Virus record (IMG/VR): IMGVR_UViG_3300020185_004014
Coordinates: 2,620 to 66,619 of that record
DNA from: a virus
DNA length: 64,000 nt
Reading direction: 5' to 3' (one strand)
Part shown: one piece after another, positions 9,901 to 19,337 of the stretch
Numbering within the stretch: position 1 is the first letter of the stretch
Layout: every line of letters begins with the position of its first letter
Notes under the pieces: model-generated
The model's database searches: none
Told to the model about the DNA's origin: nothing
The model's input: only the letters and a program-made list of their open reading frames with translations
Made by a program: the position numbers and the translations under genes

Positions 9901-11623
9901 TGGAAATAACCAATCATACCCCGGAGTAGCTTGGCAAACCTTCCCAGGAGTAAGAGCAGGTACTACTACAGATGATGATGTATGTGGTGGTTTAACATAT
10001 CTACATACTATTACAGCTAAAAATGGTAATAGAATAACTCTTGATAGAAAAGTAGCAAATTATCCTATTTATAAAGATACCTTTGTATACAAATGGAATC
10101 AAGGTAGTATTAATTTTAAAGGTAATCATACTAATTTAGGAACTTGGTATAATAGAAGATTTTACCAAGGAGGAAATAATAACTATCAATGCATAAATGC
10201 TAATTTTGATCACACTTACGTATTTAGCGGATTGGATGGGGGTGGGGCTGATAATAGTGTTTTAAATACTATAGCTGAAAATGTATCTATAAATAACGTA
10301 GATGATGGTAATAGTAATGGATTAGGTGCTAATTTAATTAAAAATTGTAACCTAGTTGGAGGAGGATCGAGTGCAGGAATAGGAGGACAAAACAATCAAT
10401 ATGGATTGGGGTTATATAATGTATTAGTATTTAATAATGTTTTACATAATTTTTCTTGGAGACCAAATGGTACTTTTGGTCCTAGGATAGCATCTTATAT
10501 AAATCATTATACTTTTAACTATAATAGACATTATGGGCAGGCTATTCAATATATAATGTCCCTAGATACTTCAACAAATATACAAGTACCTCAAGTTTAT
10601 AACTATAAACATAATTTTGTAGAAGCTACTAATAGTGATTCTTTTACTTATATGAAATCTTATTTGGCATTAGAAAGTTTATCTCAAAATTTTAAAAATG
10701 TATCCTATAAAGATAATTATACATTTTTCACCTACAGAAGAATGAACGGACATGGAAGTGGGTATGCTTCTCAAGCTAGAGCAGTTATAGCACAAAATAA
10801 TCCTAATTTAGAACCATTTAAATATTATGGTTTAGGATCTGATTCTTTTTATCTACATAAAAGTATGTACAACTATGGGTCTCTTATCCCCCAGAATAGT
10901 CAAATAGGGGCTCCTGATTTATATAAAAACAATCCCCTCACTAAACGTGATGATTTAGTATTATTTTCTAGACAGTACCCCATGGCTACCATATGTAAAG
11001 AAGAGTCCGGAAGGTATGGAATTTACCCTATAGATAATGCAGGATATGCAGTAAACAACCAGGCTAATTATAATCATCCTTTTCTTTATTATTGTAAATT
11101 TAGTATATATGATACTCAAGATTTAAAAATTTACACTAATTTTGATTATTTTAGACCCCAATATTTTGGGTATAGTGGGAATTCTTGGGACAATAATAGA
11201 ATTAGACGAGGGCAATATGTTGAAAAATCATATTATCCTCGAGTAACATTATTACATGGTGATACTAAAAAAATTATAGGTAAGGAAGAACTTTCTTATT
11301 ATGGGGAAAACACTTTAACTTACAATAAAACCCACACCCTGACCCCAGGAGATTACATATTTACTTTATCTTATGAAGATACTTCTATGTGGCGTGCTAT
11401 TCAAATATTTAATCATGGACCTATAAAATTTAATTTATTTTCTACAAAACCCTCCAAAGCAGAGGTTCATTATAATAATTGGAATGTTTATGAACTTTTG
11501 GATGGCAAATCCCTAACCCCCACAGAAGACATGGTAGCAACTAATGCTGGAAAATTCAAACCGTTGAGAGCATCTAATACTCTCCCCACAGGAAATATAA
11601 AAATAAGAACACTCAAGCTATGA
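6959..11623 (+). CDS. large virion protein with F5/8 type C (discoidin)-like domain and beta-helix-like regions
   Basis: 1554 aa, N/Y/G-rich; IYDLQ...IEVSNDLENWTTV...ARFVKF discoidin signature. Confidence 0.65.
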   Translation: MATIRSVFSPGTTFNVLDPNAWVGGVVPGPNDIAQIGENGDYRASIHTDRSPYSTYAPPFSGSTIVKNQGSVIFPWEGNDVTIPVNSNAYNFNNEYQWPNTNGSFLIYPRQNTPDLRFPIKIDYISKSIDNTYTFQSCSIDRTYSNWVYKTGSDDLYDADLDEKGYPKEIYTVVRYNDYVYPLHTKFELTGSDTWHVGQIETLERCHFTLKDNATLKLDGSTVNPNAIYNNSDSYNNEIRILNNATLELTGSTQRTNAGFYFYNRGNSFNLIQISGSDLNPVTTLSQSANAGDSVITLTNTSSIGEGSIISIDNFKEPPPKYSAPVWDDSHNPYGYQGPITYPTGSLFSWRNAARGGINVVEGLTDKTNEVVQVISQSDHDYTIAKLFGKEGKIQEDLGTYTYEQFVQTFSGSLPIPYEGSKRAVLIDSLHKDFQPGEKLIISRSKVVDILYQDYYLSESLFLDFTNGATTESIHVSPYSGYTGSIVDVTTNGNYHLYYENYFRASQHWVTTPRTGSDGVTVTSSLHIEQGAENFPYQTNNPDYQYSYFLLPNTYFHEGEITINYDRNQNLNGQCRTQARLYCILGHGHRSNGLYPNQGSVYSSTQLYNFGNQDRYNYIGGRLDQGSSTLIGMRTSSSLGFPGLMFPNATDDYGRNSQDGYKQGKFTFKVDIKKGLASGSFNGQPTSVQHNVQVDRQPILFHARSSINIFDIRVKEYYQLVLLDTEESFDYKDEVLEGARLEYNQTAGKRVRASGNRIKDPLGYRNLTRDIKQNGKEATILPYMHSCTTTVAQDGNYNSFYNFASSQTHGGELIDHYLPIYDYGPYRYEKTGTGFYVIYDLQTEVSMSALAFKSYYDYNYEYTEMAGEPVGIEVSNDLENWTTVYAPTNDPRYTTRGGQLRFYDFTSGSISARFVKFSKNGSSRTTRNIISYLGLYNFYDENNQDMGNTIELYNADMFEVGDRIFFHEAKQPYHGAARFNYGNNQSYPGVAWQTFPGVRAGTTTDDDVCGGLTYLHTITAKNGNRITLDRKVANYPIYKDTFVYKWNQGSINFKGNHTNLGTWYNRRFYQGGNNNYQCINANFDHTYVFSGLDGGGADNSVLNTIAENVSINNVDDGNSNGLGANLIKNCNLVGGGSSAGIGGQNNQYGLGLYNVLVFNNVLHNFSWRPNGTFGPRIASYINHYTFNYNRHYGQAIQYIMSLDTSTNIQVPQVYNYKHNFVEATNSDSFTYMKSYLALESLSQNFKNVSYKDNYTFFTYRRMNGHGSGYASQARAVIAQNNPNLEPFKYYGLGSDSFYLHKSMYNYGSLIPQNSQIGAPDLYKNNPLTKRDDLVLFSRQYPMATICKEESGRYGIYPIDNAGYAVNNQANYNHPFLYYCKFSIYDTQDLKIYTNFDYFRPQYFGYSGNSWDNNRIRRGQYVEKSYYPRVTLLHGDTKKIIGKEELSYYGENTLTYNKTHTLTPGDYIFTLSYEDTSMWRAIQIFNHGPIKFNLFSTKPSKAEVHYNNWNVYELLDGKSLTPTEDMVATNAGKFKPLRASNTLPTGNIKIRTLKL

Positions 11624-14600
11624 AATTCCAAATATTAAATAATGAAGAATTAGGTTTTTTTGATAACAATGGTGATAAAAAAGCCGTTTTAAAATTATCT
11701 GGATCTGATTTTATATTAGACCCCGTAGATACAGGAGCTAATATAATAATGGGTCAAGGGGAAACTGTTAATGATTTAGAATTAGGTATAGTTTCTACTC
11801 CTATTAATATGACATTTTTAGGAGGAGGTACTATATCTTCAAATACTGGTACTTTATATATAGGGGATGGGGTTAATAGTGATAAAGTCGTACTAACAGG
11901 GGTAACAATTTCATCCTCAGTAAATTTTGCTGCCGGCCTCACAGGCTCATTTCAAGGTAGTTTCTCGGGAGATGGGAGTAATATAACAGGTATTACAGCA
12001 ACTACTGCTCCTGGTGGTAATAATAAAACAATACAATTTAACGATAATAATACTGCTACCGGAGGAAATAGCAATTTTACATTTGACAAAACCACAGATA
12101 CTGTAGAACTTACAGGAAGCTTAAATGTAAGTGGTTCTGCAAGTGCTGATTTTTTCTTTGGTGATGGTTCTGGTTTAACAAATATTGTAGGAGCTTTCCC
12201 CTTTACAGGTAGCGCAGGAGTAAGTGGTTCTGTAATAGTAGAAGGACCTGTTACTGCTAGTGGATTTTCAGGTGACGGATCTGGATTAACAAATGTAGCT
12301 GGGGTATTCCCATTTACAGGCAGTGCAGGTATAAGTGGCTCTTTAGATGTAAATGGTAATGTTACTGCTACTGAATTTTATGGCAACGGTACTAATATTA
12401 CAGGTGTAACCTCTACATTTGCCCCCACAGGTCAAGATAAATCCCTTCAATTCAATAAAGGAGGAACCGAAATATCAGGTAGTGGTGGTTTATTATTTGA
12501 TTATGATAATGATTCTCTTTATGTAGCACAAGCAGTCACTGCTAGTGAATTTACAGGACACGGCTCCTTAAACACTCCTTTTATAGGAAATGCTGAAATT
12601 ACAGGAAGTGCTATAATTTCTGGTAGTTTAAAGGTAACTGGTAGTTTAGAAATAACAGGTTCAGTTAGTGCTTCTAGTTTAAATATAGGAAACGAATTAA
12701 AAATTAATGGCCAAGCGGAACAAAGTGGAGATACCAGGGTTGGTATAGGTAATATTACTAACCCTACTTTTAGACAAATTGCCATAGGATCTGTAATTTC
12801 ATCTAATGCATCTAATAGTGTAATGATTGGTGGTAGAGGTGTAGGAGGGGGGGGAGGATCAATAGTAATAGGAGATTCTGCAGCAAGTAATAATACTAAC
12901 AGTAATATTGTAGCTGTGGGGAATAGTTCAAATAGATTTGCAGGCGCAGGGGGTGTTTTTGTAGGAAACGACGCTGGCTATCTTGGGGGTAGTTATTCAA
13001 CAGGTTTAGGATCCTCCGCAGGAGCTTATTTAAGAGGAACCTATAATGTTTCAATAGGGAATTTAGCAGGTAAAGGTGTAGCATATGTTTCAGATGTTGA
13101 ATATAACACATTTATAGGGGCTAAAAGTGGAGAATCTATAACCTCAGGAAGTGGGAATGTGTTTATAGGATACGAGGCGGGGGCTAGTGAAGTTACAAGT
13201 TCAAATCAACTCATAATTGCTAATAATAGTTCATCCGCTCTTATTAGCGGTGATTTTAGTACTAAAACAATTGAACTCCCAGGAAATAGCTTTAAAGTAG
13301 GCACCAGCAAACCTGCTGGTCCTGTTTTTGAGGTAGGGAAGGGACCCATATCTAGTTATACAACAGACTTGATTTTACGCCCCCAAGCAAACTCCGCTTA
13401 TAATTTCCATTATTGGGGTATTATTAGGTGGGATCCATCTGGAACTAATGGAGGTTTAAGATTATTAAGTGGGGATTACATAAACTCAGTACAAATAGGA
13501 ACAGGTTTATCAGGTTCTCCCACAGAATACATTATAGCTAATTTTACAAATTCAGGAGTAAGAATAGGAGATAGATCTACTCCTAACGCAGACTTAGATG
13601 TAAATGGAACTGCTATAGTAAGCGGAAATTTAGAGGTTAAAAACACTACCACAGATACAGGAGCTACAACTTTCGAAATAAAAAATAGTAATGGTGCTAC
13701 ATGTTTTAGAGTAAAAGATAATGGTCTTGTAGGTATAGGTTTAGGATCTAATGGAACTTTTAATATTGATGATAATGGGGGAAATAGGACTATAAATGTC
13801 ATGAATTATGAGATTGTAGATCCTATATATAGTTTCAATATCACTGCGGGTGGAACATCCATAAACACCAACTCAGATACCCAAAATGTTGCTATAAACA
13901 CAGTTAAATTTCAAAGGGGAAGTGGAGTAGATACTAATACCCCTAATACTCAAGCTTGGGAAATGGTAATGCCTACAAGTGCGGGTCACATTCGAAATTA
14001 TAATATAATAAGGGGCAATGACTACTCCTCAGGTCAAGGATCTGCAGGAGGACCTCAAATGAATATATTTGCAGGAAGCGGAAGTGCTGGATGGGGTGAT
14101 TTAGTACTCCAACACGATTTTGATCAAAGTAGAGGTAATGTTGGTATAGGAAAAGAACCTAACTATACTTTAGATATACAAAACGGTATTAGTTCTAACC
14201 TAAGATTAGGTAGTACTACTAGTAATCAAGGTGAACATAAAATAGGGTTTGGTTTCCATGATGGAGATAATGCTATGGGGGTTGCTATTATAGGTAAAGC
14301 GGATGGATCCTCTGGAAAAGGAACTTTATCTTTTGCTGCCCACAGCGGAGGGGATAATAATTCGGCTTCATATGCTGATAGGGCTTTAGAAATAGATTCC
14401 AATTATGTTACCACTTACACACCTGTAAGAGCTAAAAATGACTTATTTACAATAGGAGGCTCTAACACAGGGGATGTAGGATTATTTTTACATGAAGAAA
14501 CTAGAACAGCTATAGTATCTAAATTATTAGGAGCAAGTAATACTAGTGATATAAGATTAGTCACAGGTATACCTAAAAATGGAGGCATAGTGTCTGCCTC

Positions 14601-14802
14601 TGCTAACCAATATGCTCGTTTAACTATTACTCAAGATGGAAACACTGAAATTAGTGGCAGCTTAACTGTAGGTGGGTCTGATGTTGATTTTAATAATTTA
14701 CCCACCTCTAACCCTGGAGTAGCAGGCCGCTTATACCAAACAGGAAGTGCAGCTATAGGAGCCACTGCCGGATTCCAAGTCGTTTTAATATCAGAAGGAT
14801 AA
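11620..14802 (+). CDS. long tail-fibre protein
   Basis: 1060 aa; GDGSGLTN/FPFTGSAG repeats, IQFN motifs, NxxIG beta-roll, GNVGIG. Confidence 0.8.
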   Translation: MKFQILNNEELGFFDNNGDKKAVLKLSGSDFILDPVDTGANIIMGQGETVNDLELGIVSTPINMTFLGGGTISSNTGTLYIGDGVNSDKVVLTGVTISSSVNFAAGLTGSFQGSFSGDGSNITGITATTAPGGNNKTIQFNDNNTATGGNSNFTFDKTTDTVELTGSLNVSGSASADFFFGDGSGLTNIVGAFPFTGSAGVSGSVIVEGPVTASGFSGDGSGLTNVAGVFPFTGSAGISGSLDVNGNVTATEFYGNGTNITGVTSTFAPTGQDKSLQFNKGGTEISGSGGLLFDYDNDSLYVAQAVTASEFTGHGSLNTPFIGNAEITGSAIISGSLKVTGSLEITGSVSASSLNIGNELKINGQAEQSGDTRVGIGNITNPTFRQIAIGSVISSNASNSVMIGGRGVGGGGGSIVIGDSAASNNTNSNIVAVGNSSNRFAGAGGVFVGNDAGYLGGSYSTGLGSSAGAYLRGTYNVSIGNLAGKGVAYVSDVEYNTFIGAKSGESITSGSGNVFIGYEAGASEVTSSNQLIIANNSSSALISGDFSTKTIELPGNSFKVGTSKPAGPVFEVGKGPISSYTTDLILRPQANSAYNFHYWGIIRWDPSGTNGGLRLLSGDYINSVQIGTGLSGSPTEYIIANFTNSGVRIGDRSTPNADLDVNGTAIVSGNLEVKNTTTDTGATTFEIKNSNGATCFRVKDNGLVGIGLGSNGTFNIDDNGGNRTINVMNYEIVDPIYSFNITAGGTSINTNSDTQNVAINTVKFQRGSGVDTNTPNTQAWEMVMPTSAGHIRNYNIIRGNDYSSGQGSAGGPQMNIFAGSGSAGWGDLVLQHDFDQSRGNVGIGKEPNYTLDIQNGISSNLRLGSTTSNQGEHKIGFGFHDGDNAMGVAIIGKADGSSGKGTLSFAAHSGGDNNSASYADRALEIDSNYVTTYTPVRAKNDLFTIGGSNTGDVGLFLHEETRTAIVSKLLGASNTSDIRLVTGIPKNGGIVSASANQYARLTITQDGNTEISGSLTVGGSDVDFNNLPTSNPGVAGRLYQTGSAAIGATAGFQVVLISEG
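12160..12341 (+). repeat. intragenic tandem duplication with 111-nt (37-aa) period
   Basis: GDGSGLTNIVGAFPFTGSAGVSGS at ~12160 and GDGSGLTNVAGVFPFTGSAGISGS at ~12271. Confidence 0.75.
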
Positions 14803-14807
14803 AAATT

Positions 14808-14816
14808 AATATTTAT
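14808..14816 (+). promoter_or_regulatory. AATATTTAT motif (candidate phage late promoter)
   Basis: Intergenic, 14 nt before ATG 14831; motif recurs upstream of several genes. Confidence 0.4.
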
Positions 14817-14830
14817 AAATAAAATAGATT

Positions 14831-15172
14831 ATGCATAAACTAACTTCAAACCAATCTGTAATATATAACTCGGAAAATCAATCTTCGGGTGTATTAGAGA
14901 TTATTCCCGAACAAATTATTTATCAAAATGATGGCTCTAACCACCATAATGTAATGTTAATATTTCCTATAAAAGTTAGTGAAACTAACACTTTTGTGGG
15001 AGGTTTAAATTATATTTTAAATGAAGATGAATGGGATACTTTCTTTGCTTCTTTAACTTTAACCTCTACTAACGAGTTTGATAAACAAGAAGAAGCAGCT
15101 TTGTTATACGCTAAATCCCAAATAGAGGGAAATTGGGGATTAACAGCTGATGATTGGATTTATTCAAGTTAA
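14831..15172 (+). CDS. hypothetical protein, possibly fibre-associated
   Basis: 113-aa ORF directly after the fibre gene. Confidence 0.6.
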   Translation: MHKLTSNQSVIYNSENQSSGVLEIIPEQIIYQNDGSNHHNVMLIFPIKVSETNTFVGGLNYILNEDEWDTFFASLTLTSTNEFDKQEEAALLYAKSQIEGNWGLTADDWIYSS

Positions 15173-15174
15173 GT

Positions 15175-15205
15175 TTTGAACCCCGAATTCCATTTCATAT
15201 ATTGA
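15175..15205 (+). promoter_or_regulatory. Bacteroidota sigma70-type (-33/-7) promoter, likely leaderless
   Basis: TTTG-N19-TATATTGA ending 3 nt before GTG 15209. Confidence 0.6.
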
Positions 15206-15208
15206 AGT

Positions 15209-16465
15209 GTGTTTTGGCTTGTAGAAACTAACGAACAATTAGCCCAACTTAGGGCAAAGGATTTTAAGAACGTTTTTGTTGAACCTATATGGTCCAATGA
15301 AAACGTTCATCCTTACCATAGGGGAATACAAGGTTTCTACATAAGGGAAATCAACCATAGAAAAGGATTTATAGTAATATTACAACATAGTGAAGCTACT
15401 AGCTGTGGTATGGATGAAATTTATGAGCTCATATATAGCTTTGATGAGATATTTGTAAGGGATAGGAAAGCATTTATAAACATAGCACCTAGCCAAAAGC
15501 TTAGCGACATAGACTATATATATCCTACGGATATCCCAGACTCATTTCCATGCCACGAGTTTTTTTATAGGCAATACCCCAATATAGGTAATATAGGTAG
15601 CATTATCCCGATAGTAAAGCATTATGAACGTTGTGAAACGATATTTAACGCGGTTAAACATGTGTTTTCCATGGAGAAACCACCACACTTTGAGTTTTAT
15701 AACACTAAGGCTACAAATGTGTTCTATTGGATTGAACAAGAGGGAATTAAGGCAGATCCCGAGTTATTTGAAAAGTATTTTAAAGCTAATGTTACTCCTT
15801 GGGACCATGTTTACACGTGTTTTAACCTAAAAACAACTACTACACGTCCCTCAAACACTTATGGTGGTGTAAATTATATGGCGTTGGATAAAAAAAGTGG
15901 TTGTCGAGAAGCGTTTATACCTAAGAATGACTTTTTGTTAGAGATTGATATTAGTGCCTACCACCCAACATTGGCGGCACAATTAGTAGATTATGAATTT
16001 GAGCATGAAGATATACACCAAGCATTTGCTGACATGTATGGGGTGGATTATAAAAAGGCTAAGGAGTTAACTTTTAAGCAGCTATATGGAGGGGTATTTA
16101 AAGAGTATAAAGAGTTAGAGTTCTTTAAGCGTGTAGAAAAATATATAGAGGATATAAGTAGTAAAGAAGAGTACAAGTGTAAGTCTGGATATGTTTTTAA
16201 AACAGATATGAAACCTCAAAAGCTGTTTAATTACATACTTCAAAATACCGAAACGTATTATAATATACTTATACTTGAGGAAATGATACATATACTTAAG
16301 AACAGTGAAACTAAGATTGTTCATTATACTTATGATTCATTCTTGTTAGATGTAAACAAGTCAGAAAAGGATATAATAATGTCTATCCTAGAGATATTTG
16401 GGAGGTATGGATTCTCCACCAAAATGGAGGCAGGTAGTAATTATAATTCTTTGGAAAGGGTGTAA
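15209..16465 (+). CDS. polA: family A DNA polymerase-like protein (compact)
   Basis: TTTTRPS, motif A EIDISAYHP, motif B KAKELTFKQLYGG, NYILQ, motif C YTYDSFLLD. Confidence 0.85.
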   Translation: MFWLVETNEQLAQLRAKDFKNVFVEPIWSNENVHPYHRGIQGFYIREINHRKGFIVILQHSEATSCGMDEIYELIYSFDEIFVRDRKAFINIAPSQKLSDIDYIYPTDIPDSFPCHEFFYRQYPNIGNIGSIIPIVKHYERCETIFNAVKHVFSMEKPPHFEFYNTKATNVFYWIEQEGIKADPELFEKYFKANVTPWDHVYTCFNLKTTTTRPSNTYGGVNYMALDKKSGCREAFIPKNDFLLEIDISAYHPTLAAQLVDYEFEHEDIHQAFADMYGVDYKKAKELTFKQLYGGVFKEYKELEFFKRVEKYIEDISSKEEYKCKSGYVFKTDMKPQKLFNYILQNTETYYNILILEEMIHILKNSETKIVHYTYDSFLLDVNKSEKDIIMSILEIFGRYGFSTKMEAGSNYNSLERV

Positions 16466-16472
16466 TATTTAT
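16464..16472 (+). promoter_or_regulatory. AATATTTAT motif (candidate late promoter)
   Basis: At the polA stop, upstream of ATG 16490. Confidence 0.35.
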
Positions 16473-16489
16473 ACGTAAACCCCCCAACC

Positions 16490-16876
16490 ATGAACAACAA
16501 GCTATTTTGTACCTTTACCTCTCTTGAAAATATGGAGAGGACATTATTAGAGGTAAAATCTAGCTACGACATACTCTATAAGAAGATTTTTGTTTTGTAT
16601 ATAAAGAGTAACGACGAATATGTTTGCACATATAATGTAGAGCCGAGCAGCGTAGAGAGAATTTTACCCGAAACCATATTAGTACATAGAAAAAAAGAGT
16701 CTAATACTTTATATACAATCAATGCACTTAACGAGTTAATTAAATCCCTAAACGGAGGGGTGGTTGATGTACGTTATAGGGTTAATTGGCAACACTATAG
16801 AAATACCATTTTGCTAACCCAGCACAATGAGTTAAACCAATTAAAGACAAAGATCCACAAGATTATTGAGCTCTAA
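16490..16876 (+). CDS. hypothetical phage protein
   Basis: 128-aa ORF between polA and ssb. Confidence 0.7.
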   Translation: MNNKLFCTFTSLENMERTLLEVKSSYDILYKKIFVLYIKSNDEYVCTYNVEPSSVERILPETILVHRKKESNTLYTINALNELIKSLNGGVVDVRYRVNWQHYRNTILLTQHNELNQLKTKIHKIIEL

Positions 16877-16884
16877 TTTTTTTT

Positions 16885-16893
16885 AATATTTAT
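16885..16893 (+). promoter_or_regulatory. AATATTTAT motif (candidate late promoter)
   Basis: Intergenic, upstream of ATG 16910. Confidence 0.4.
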
Positions 16894-16909
16894 CAATAAA
16901 AAATATATT

Positions 16910-17359
16910 ATGAACTTTGATTTTAAAAAATATTTAGCAGAAGGTGGTGTTCAAGGTTATTTGCTAACTGAAAACACTTTAGGTGCTCTAGCTAAAGCAT
17001 CCCAAGAAAAACCCCTCTCAGATGAGGATAAACAGGCACTTGCATCCCCTGTGTCGGCTTTAGATTTAGTAACTAATGCTAAACTTCATAATATTTTACC
17101 TAAACTTCCGGAGTTAGTAAAAAAATATAATGTAAAGTTTATTCCCCATAAAAAACCATTTAAAGGAGTAGAACCTCTTCATGTAGCCTTATTTCTAAAG
17201 TACTTTAAAAATACCGGTTTGATGAAAACTGAGGATTTAAAAGGAAAGTGGATTTATATGGAAGACGAGACCTTTAAAAAACAAATTCCCGGGACAGCAA
17301 AACAGTTTGGTTTAAGTGATGGAGAACTTGATGCCGCTCTTCAAATGCTTAAAAAATAG
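16910..17359 (+). CDS. hypothetical protein, candidate internal head protein
   Basis: N-terminal MNFDFKKYLAE; own upstream motif and downstream terminator. Confidence 0.6.
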   Translation: MNFDFKKYLAEGGVQGYLLTENTLGALAKASQEKPLSDEDKQALASPVSALDLVTNAKLHNILPKLPELVKKYNVKFIPHKKPFKGVEPLHVALFLKYFKNTGLMKTEDLKGKWIYMEDETFKKQIPGTAKQFGLSDGELDAALQMLKK

Positions 17360-17381
17360 TCTTAAAAAAATATTTAAAATT

Positions 17382-17409
17382 AAGCTTGGCTTCGGTCAAG
17401 CTTTTTTTT
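17382..17409 (+). terminator. intrinsic terminator with C(UUCG)G tetraloop
   Basis: AAGCTTGGC-TTCG-GTCAAGCTT followed by a T-run. Confidence 0.85.
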
Positions 17410-17416
17410 ATATTTA
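17385..17416 (+). promoter_or_regulatory. sigma70-type promoter overlapping the terminator, upstream of ssb
   Basis: CTTG-N20-TATATTTA. Confidence 0.55.
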
Positions 17417-17445
17417 GTAAAAGTTATATTTTAAACAGTTACATT

Positions 17446-18258
17446 ATGGATTTAAATGCAATTCGCAGTAAGCTGAATTCCCTGCAGCAACAAAACAAGG
17501 GAAATGGAGGTTCTAACCAGAGCCTATTTTGGAAACCAAGCATTGGTAAACAGGTAGTACGTATTGTACCCAATAAGTTTAACAAAGCAAATCCTTTTAC
17601 GGAAGTATACTTCCATTATGGGATTGGTGAACGTGTTATGATTTCACCCATTAATTATGGTGAAAAGGACCCCATTGTGGAGTTCGCGAAACAACTTCGC
17701 ACAACCAGTGACAAAGAGAACTGGCGTTTGGCTAAAAAGCTTGACCCCAAAATGCGTATCTTTGTTCCTGTGATTGTTCGTGGTGAAGAAAGTGAAGGTG
17801 TCAAACTTTGGCAGTTTGGTAAAAATACTTACCTCGAATTCTTGTCACTTGCTGACGATGATGATATTGGTGATTTCACTGACATCCATCAGGGACGTGA
17901 TATTACAGTTGATACTGTAGGCCCCGATGTTACAGGAACTGCTTATAACAAGTCCTCGGTTCGTGTAAAGACAAAGCAAACTCCACTTGGTGATGCTGAC
18001 CAAATTCAGGGATGGTTGGAAAACCAATCAAACCCAACTGAGGTGTTCAAGCGTTATTCGTTCGAGGATATGAAAAATAACCTTCAATCCTTCTTGGCTC
18101 CTGAAGAACAGGAACAAGAGCAGGTTACAGGTAATATTCCTGATTCAAAGGGAGACGATCTCCCTTTTGATAAAGGGGGGTCTCAAAACAATTATGCTCT
18201 AAAGACTCCCCTAACGAAAACGAGCAAAGCAGACCAATTTGATCAATTATTTAACTAA
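17446..18258 (+). CDS. single-stranded DNA-binding protein (T4 gp32-like)
   Basis: ATG 17446 preferred over TTG 17386; FWKP...VRIVP...YFHY...DPI...GVKLWQFG, acidic tail ending FDQLFN. Confidence 0.8.
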   Translation: MDLNAIRSKLNSLQQQNKGNGGSNQSLFWKPSIGKQVVRIVPNKFNKANPFTEVYFHYGIGERVMISPINYGEKDPIVEFAKQLRTTSDKENWRLAKKLDPKMRIFVPVIVRGEESEGVKLWQFGKNTYLEFLSLADDDDIGDFTDIHQGRDITVDTVGPDVTGTAYNKSSVRVKTKQTPLGDADQIQGWLENQSNPTEVFKRYSFEDMKNNLQSFLAPEEQEQEQVTGNIPDSKGDDLPFDKGGSQNNYALKTPLTKTSKADQFDQLFN

Positions 18259-19337
18259 TGCCTAGAGGAAAAAAAGCATCACTAACGGAGGCAGTCTCCC
18301 AAGAACTTAAAGCAGGTTTTGACCTTAATAAATTTAAGGAAAAGAAAATGCTTAATGCTAATGCTAAGTTCAAGCCCCAACAATGGATACCACTTTCCCA
18401 AGCATTCCAGGATGTAACTTCAATCCCTGGCATCCCTGCAGGACATATTGTCTTGTTAAGAGGCCATTCTGATACCGGTAAGACAACCGCCTTGATTGAG
18501 GCGGCTGTCTCCGGTCAGAAAAGGGGAATACTCCCTGTGTTTATTATCACAGAGATGAAATGGAGTTGGGAACATGCTAAGCAAATGGGTCTAGAAATCA
18601 ACGAAGTAGTTGATAAAGAAACAGGTGAAGTTACTGATTATAATGGTAATTTCATTTATGTAGATAGAGAAGCTATTCATTCAATTGAGGATGTAGCAGC
18701 GTTTATTTTAGATTTGATTGATGAACAGAAAAAAGGTAACCTACCTTATGACCTATTGTTCCTATGGGACTCAATTGGTTCAGTCCCTTGTGAAATGTCT
18801 ATCAAATCAAATAAAAATAACAATGAGTGGAATGCTGGTGCTATGTCAACTCAATTTGGTAATAGTGTAAACCAACGCATTACTCTTTCCCGTAAAGAAA
18901 GTAGCCCACATACTAATACATTGGTGTGTATTAATAAAGTATGGACTCTTAAACCTGAATCACCTATGGGTCAACCCAAGTTGATGAATAAGGGTGGGTA
19001 TGCTATGTGGTTTGATTCAACATTTGTAGTTACATTTGGTAATGTAATGTCAGCAGGTACATCTAAAATTAAAGCAATTAAAGATGGCAAGCAGGTAGAA
19101 TTTGCTAAACGTACTAATCTACAAATTGACAAAAACCACATTAATGGAGTTACTACTAGAGGTAAAATTGTTATGACGCCTCATGGGTTCATTAATGATG
19201 ATGATAAAGAAATTAAAGCCTATAAAAACGACCATGCAGAAGCTTGGAGGGAAGTTTTAGGAGGTGTAGATTTTGACATTATTGAAGAAGATCAAGAAAT
19301 ACAAGATATTTCTCACTTCGCAAAAGAACCTGACTAA
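18258..19337 (+). CDS. RecA/UvsX-like recombinase
   Basis: Walker A GHSDTGKT, LFLWDSIG, INKVW, KGG. Confidence 0.85.
   Translation: MPRGKKASLTEAVSQELKAGFDLNKFKEKKMLNANAKFKPQQWIPLSQAFQDVTSIPGIPAGHIVLLRGHSDTGKTTALIEAAVSGQKRGILPVFIITEMKWSWEHAKQMGLEINEVVDKETGEVTDYNGNFIYVDREAIHSIEDVAAFILDLIDEQKKGNLPYDLLFLWDSIGSVPCEMSIKSNKNNNEWNAGAMSTQFGNSVNQRITLSRKESSPHTNTLVCINKVWTLKPESPMGQPKLMNKGGYAMWFDSTFVVTFGNVMSAGTSKIKAIKDGKQVEFAKRTNLQIDKNHINGVTTRGKIVMTPHGFINDDDKEIKAYKNDHAEAWREVLGGVDFDIIEEDQEIQDISHFAKEPD

Noticed and set aside
4735-14802. Diversity-generating retroelement or invertible fibre cassette
   Set aside because: No reverse transcriptase or invertase, and repeat differences are not adenine-specific.
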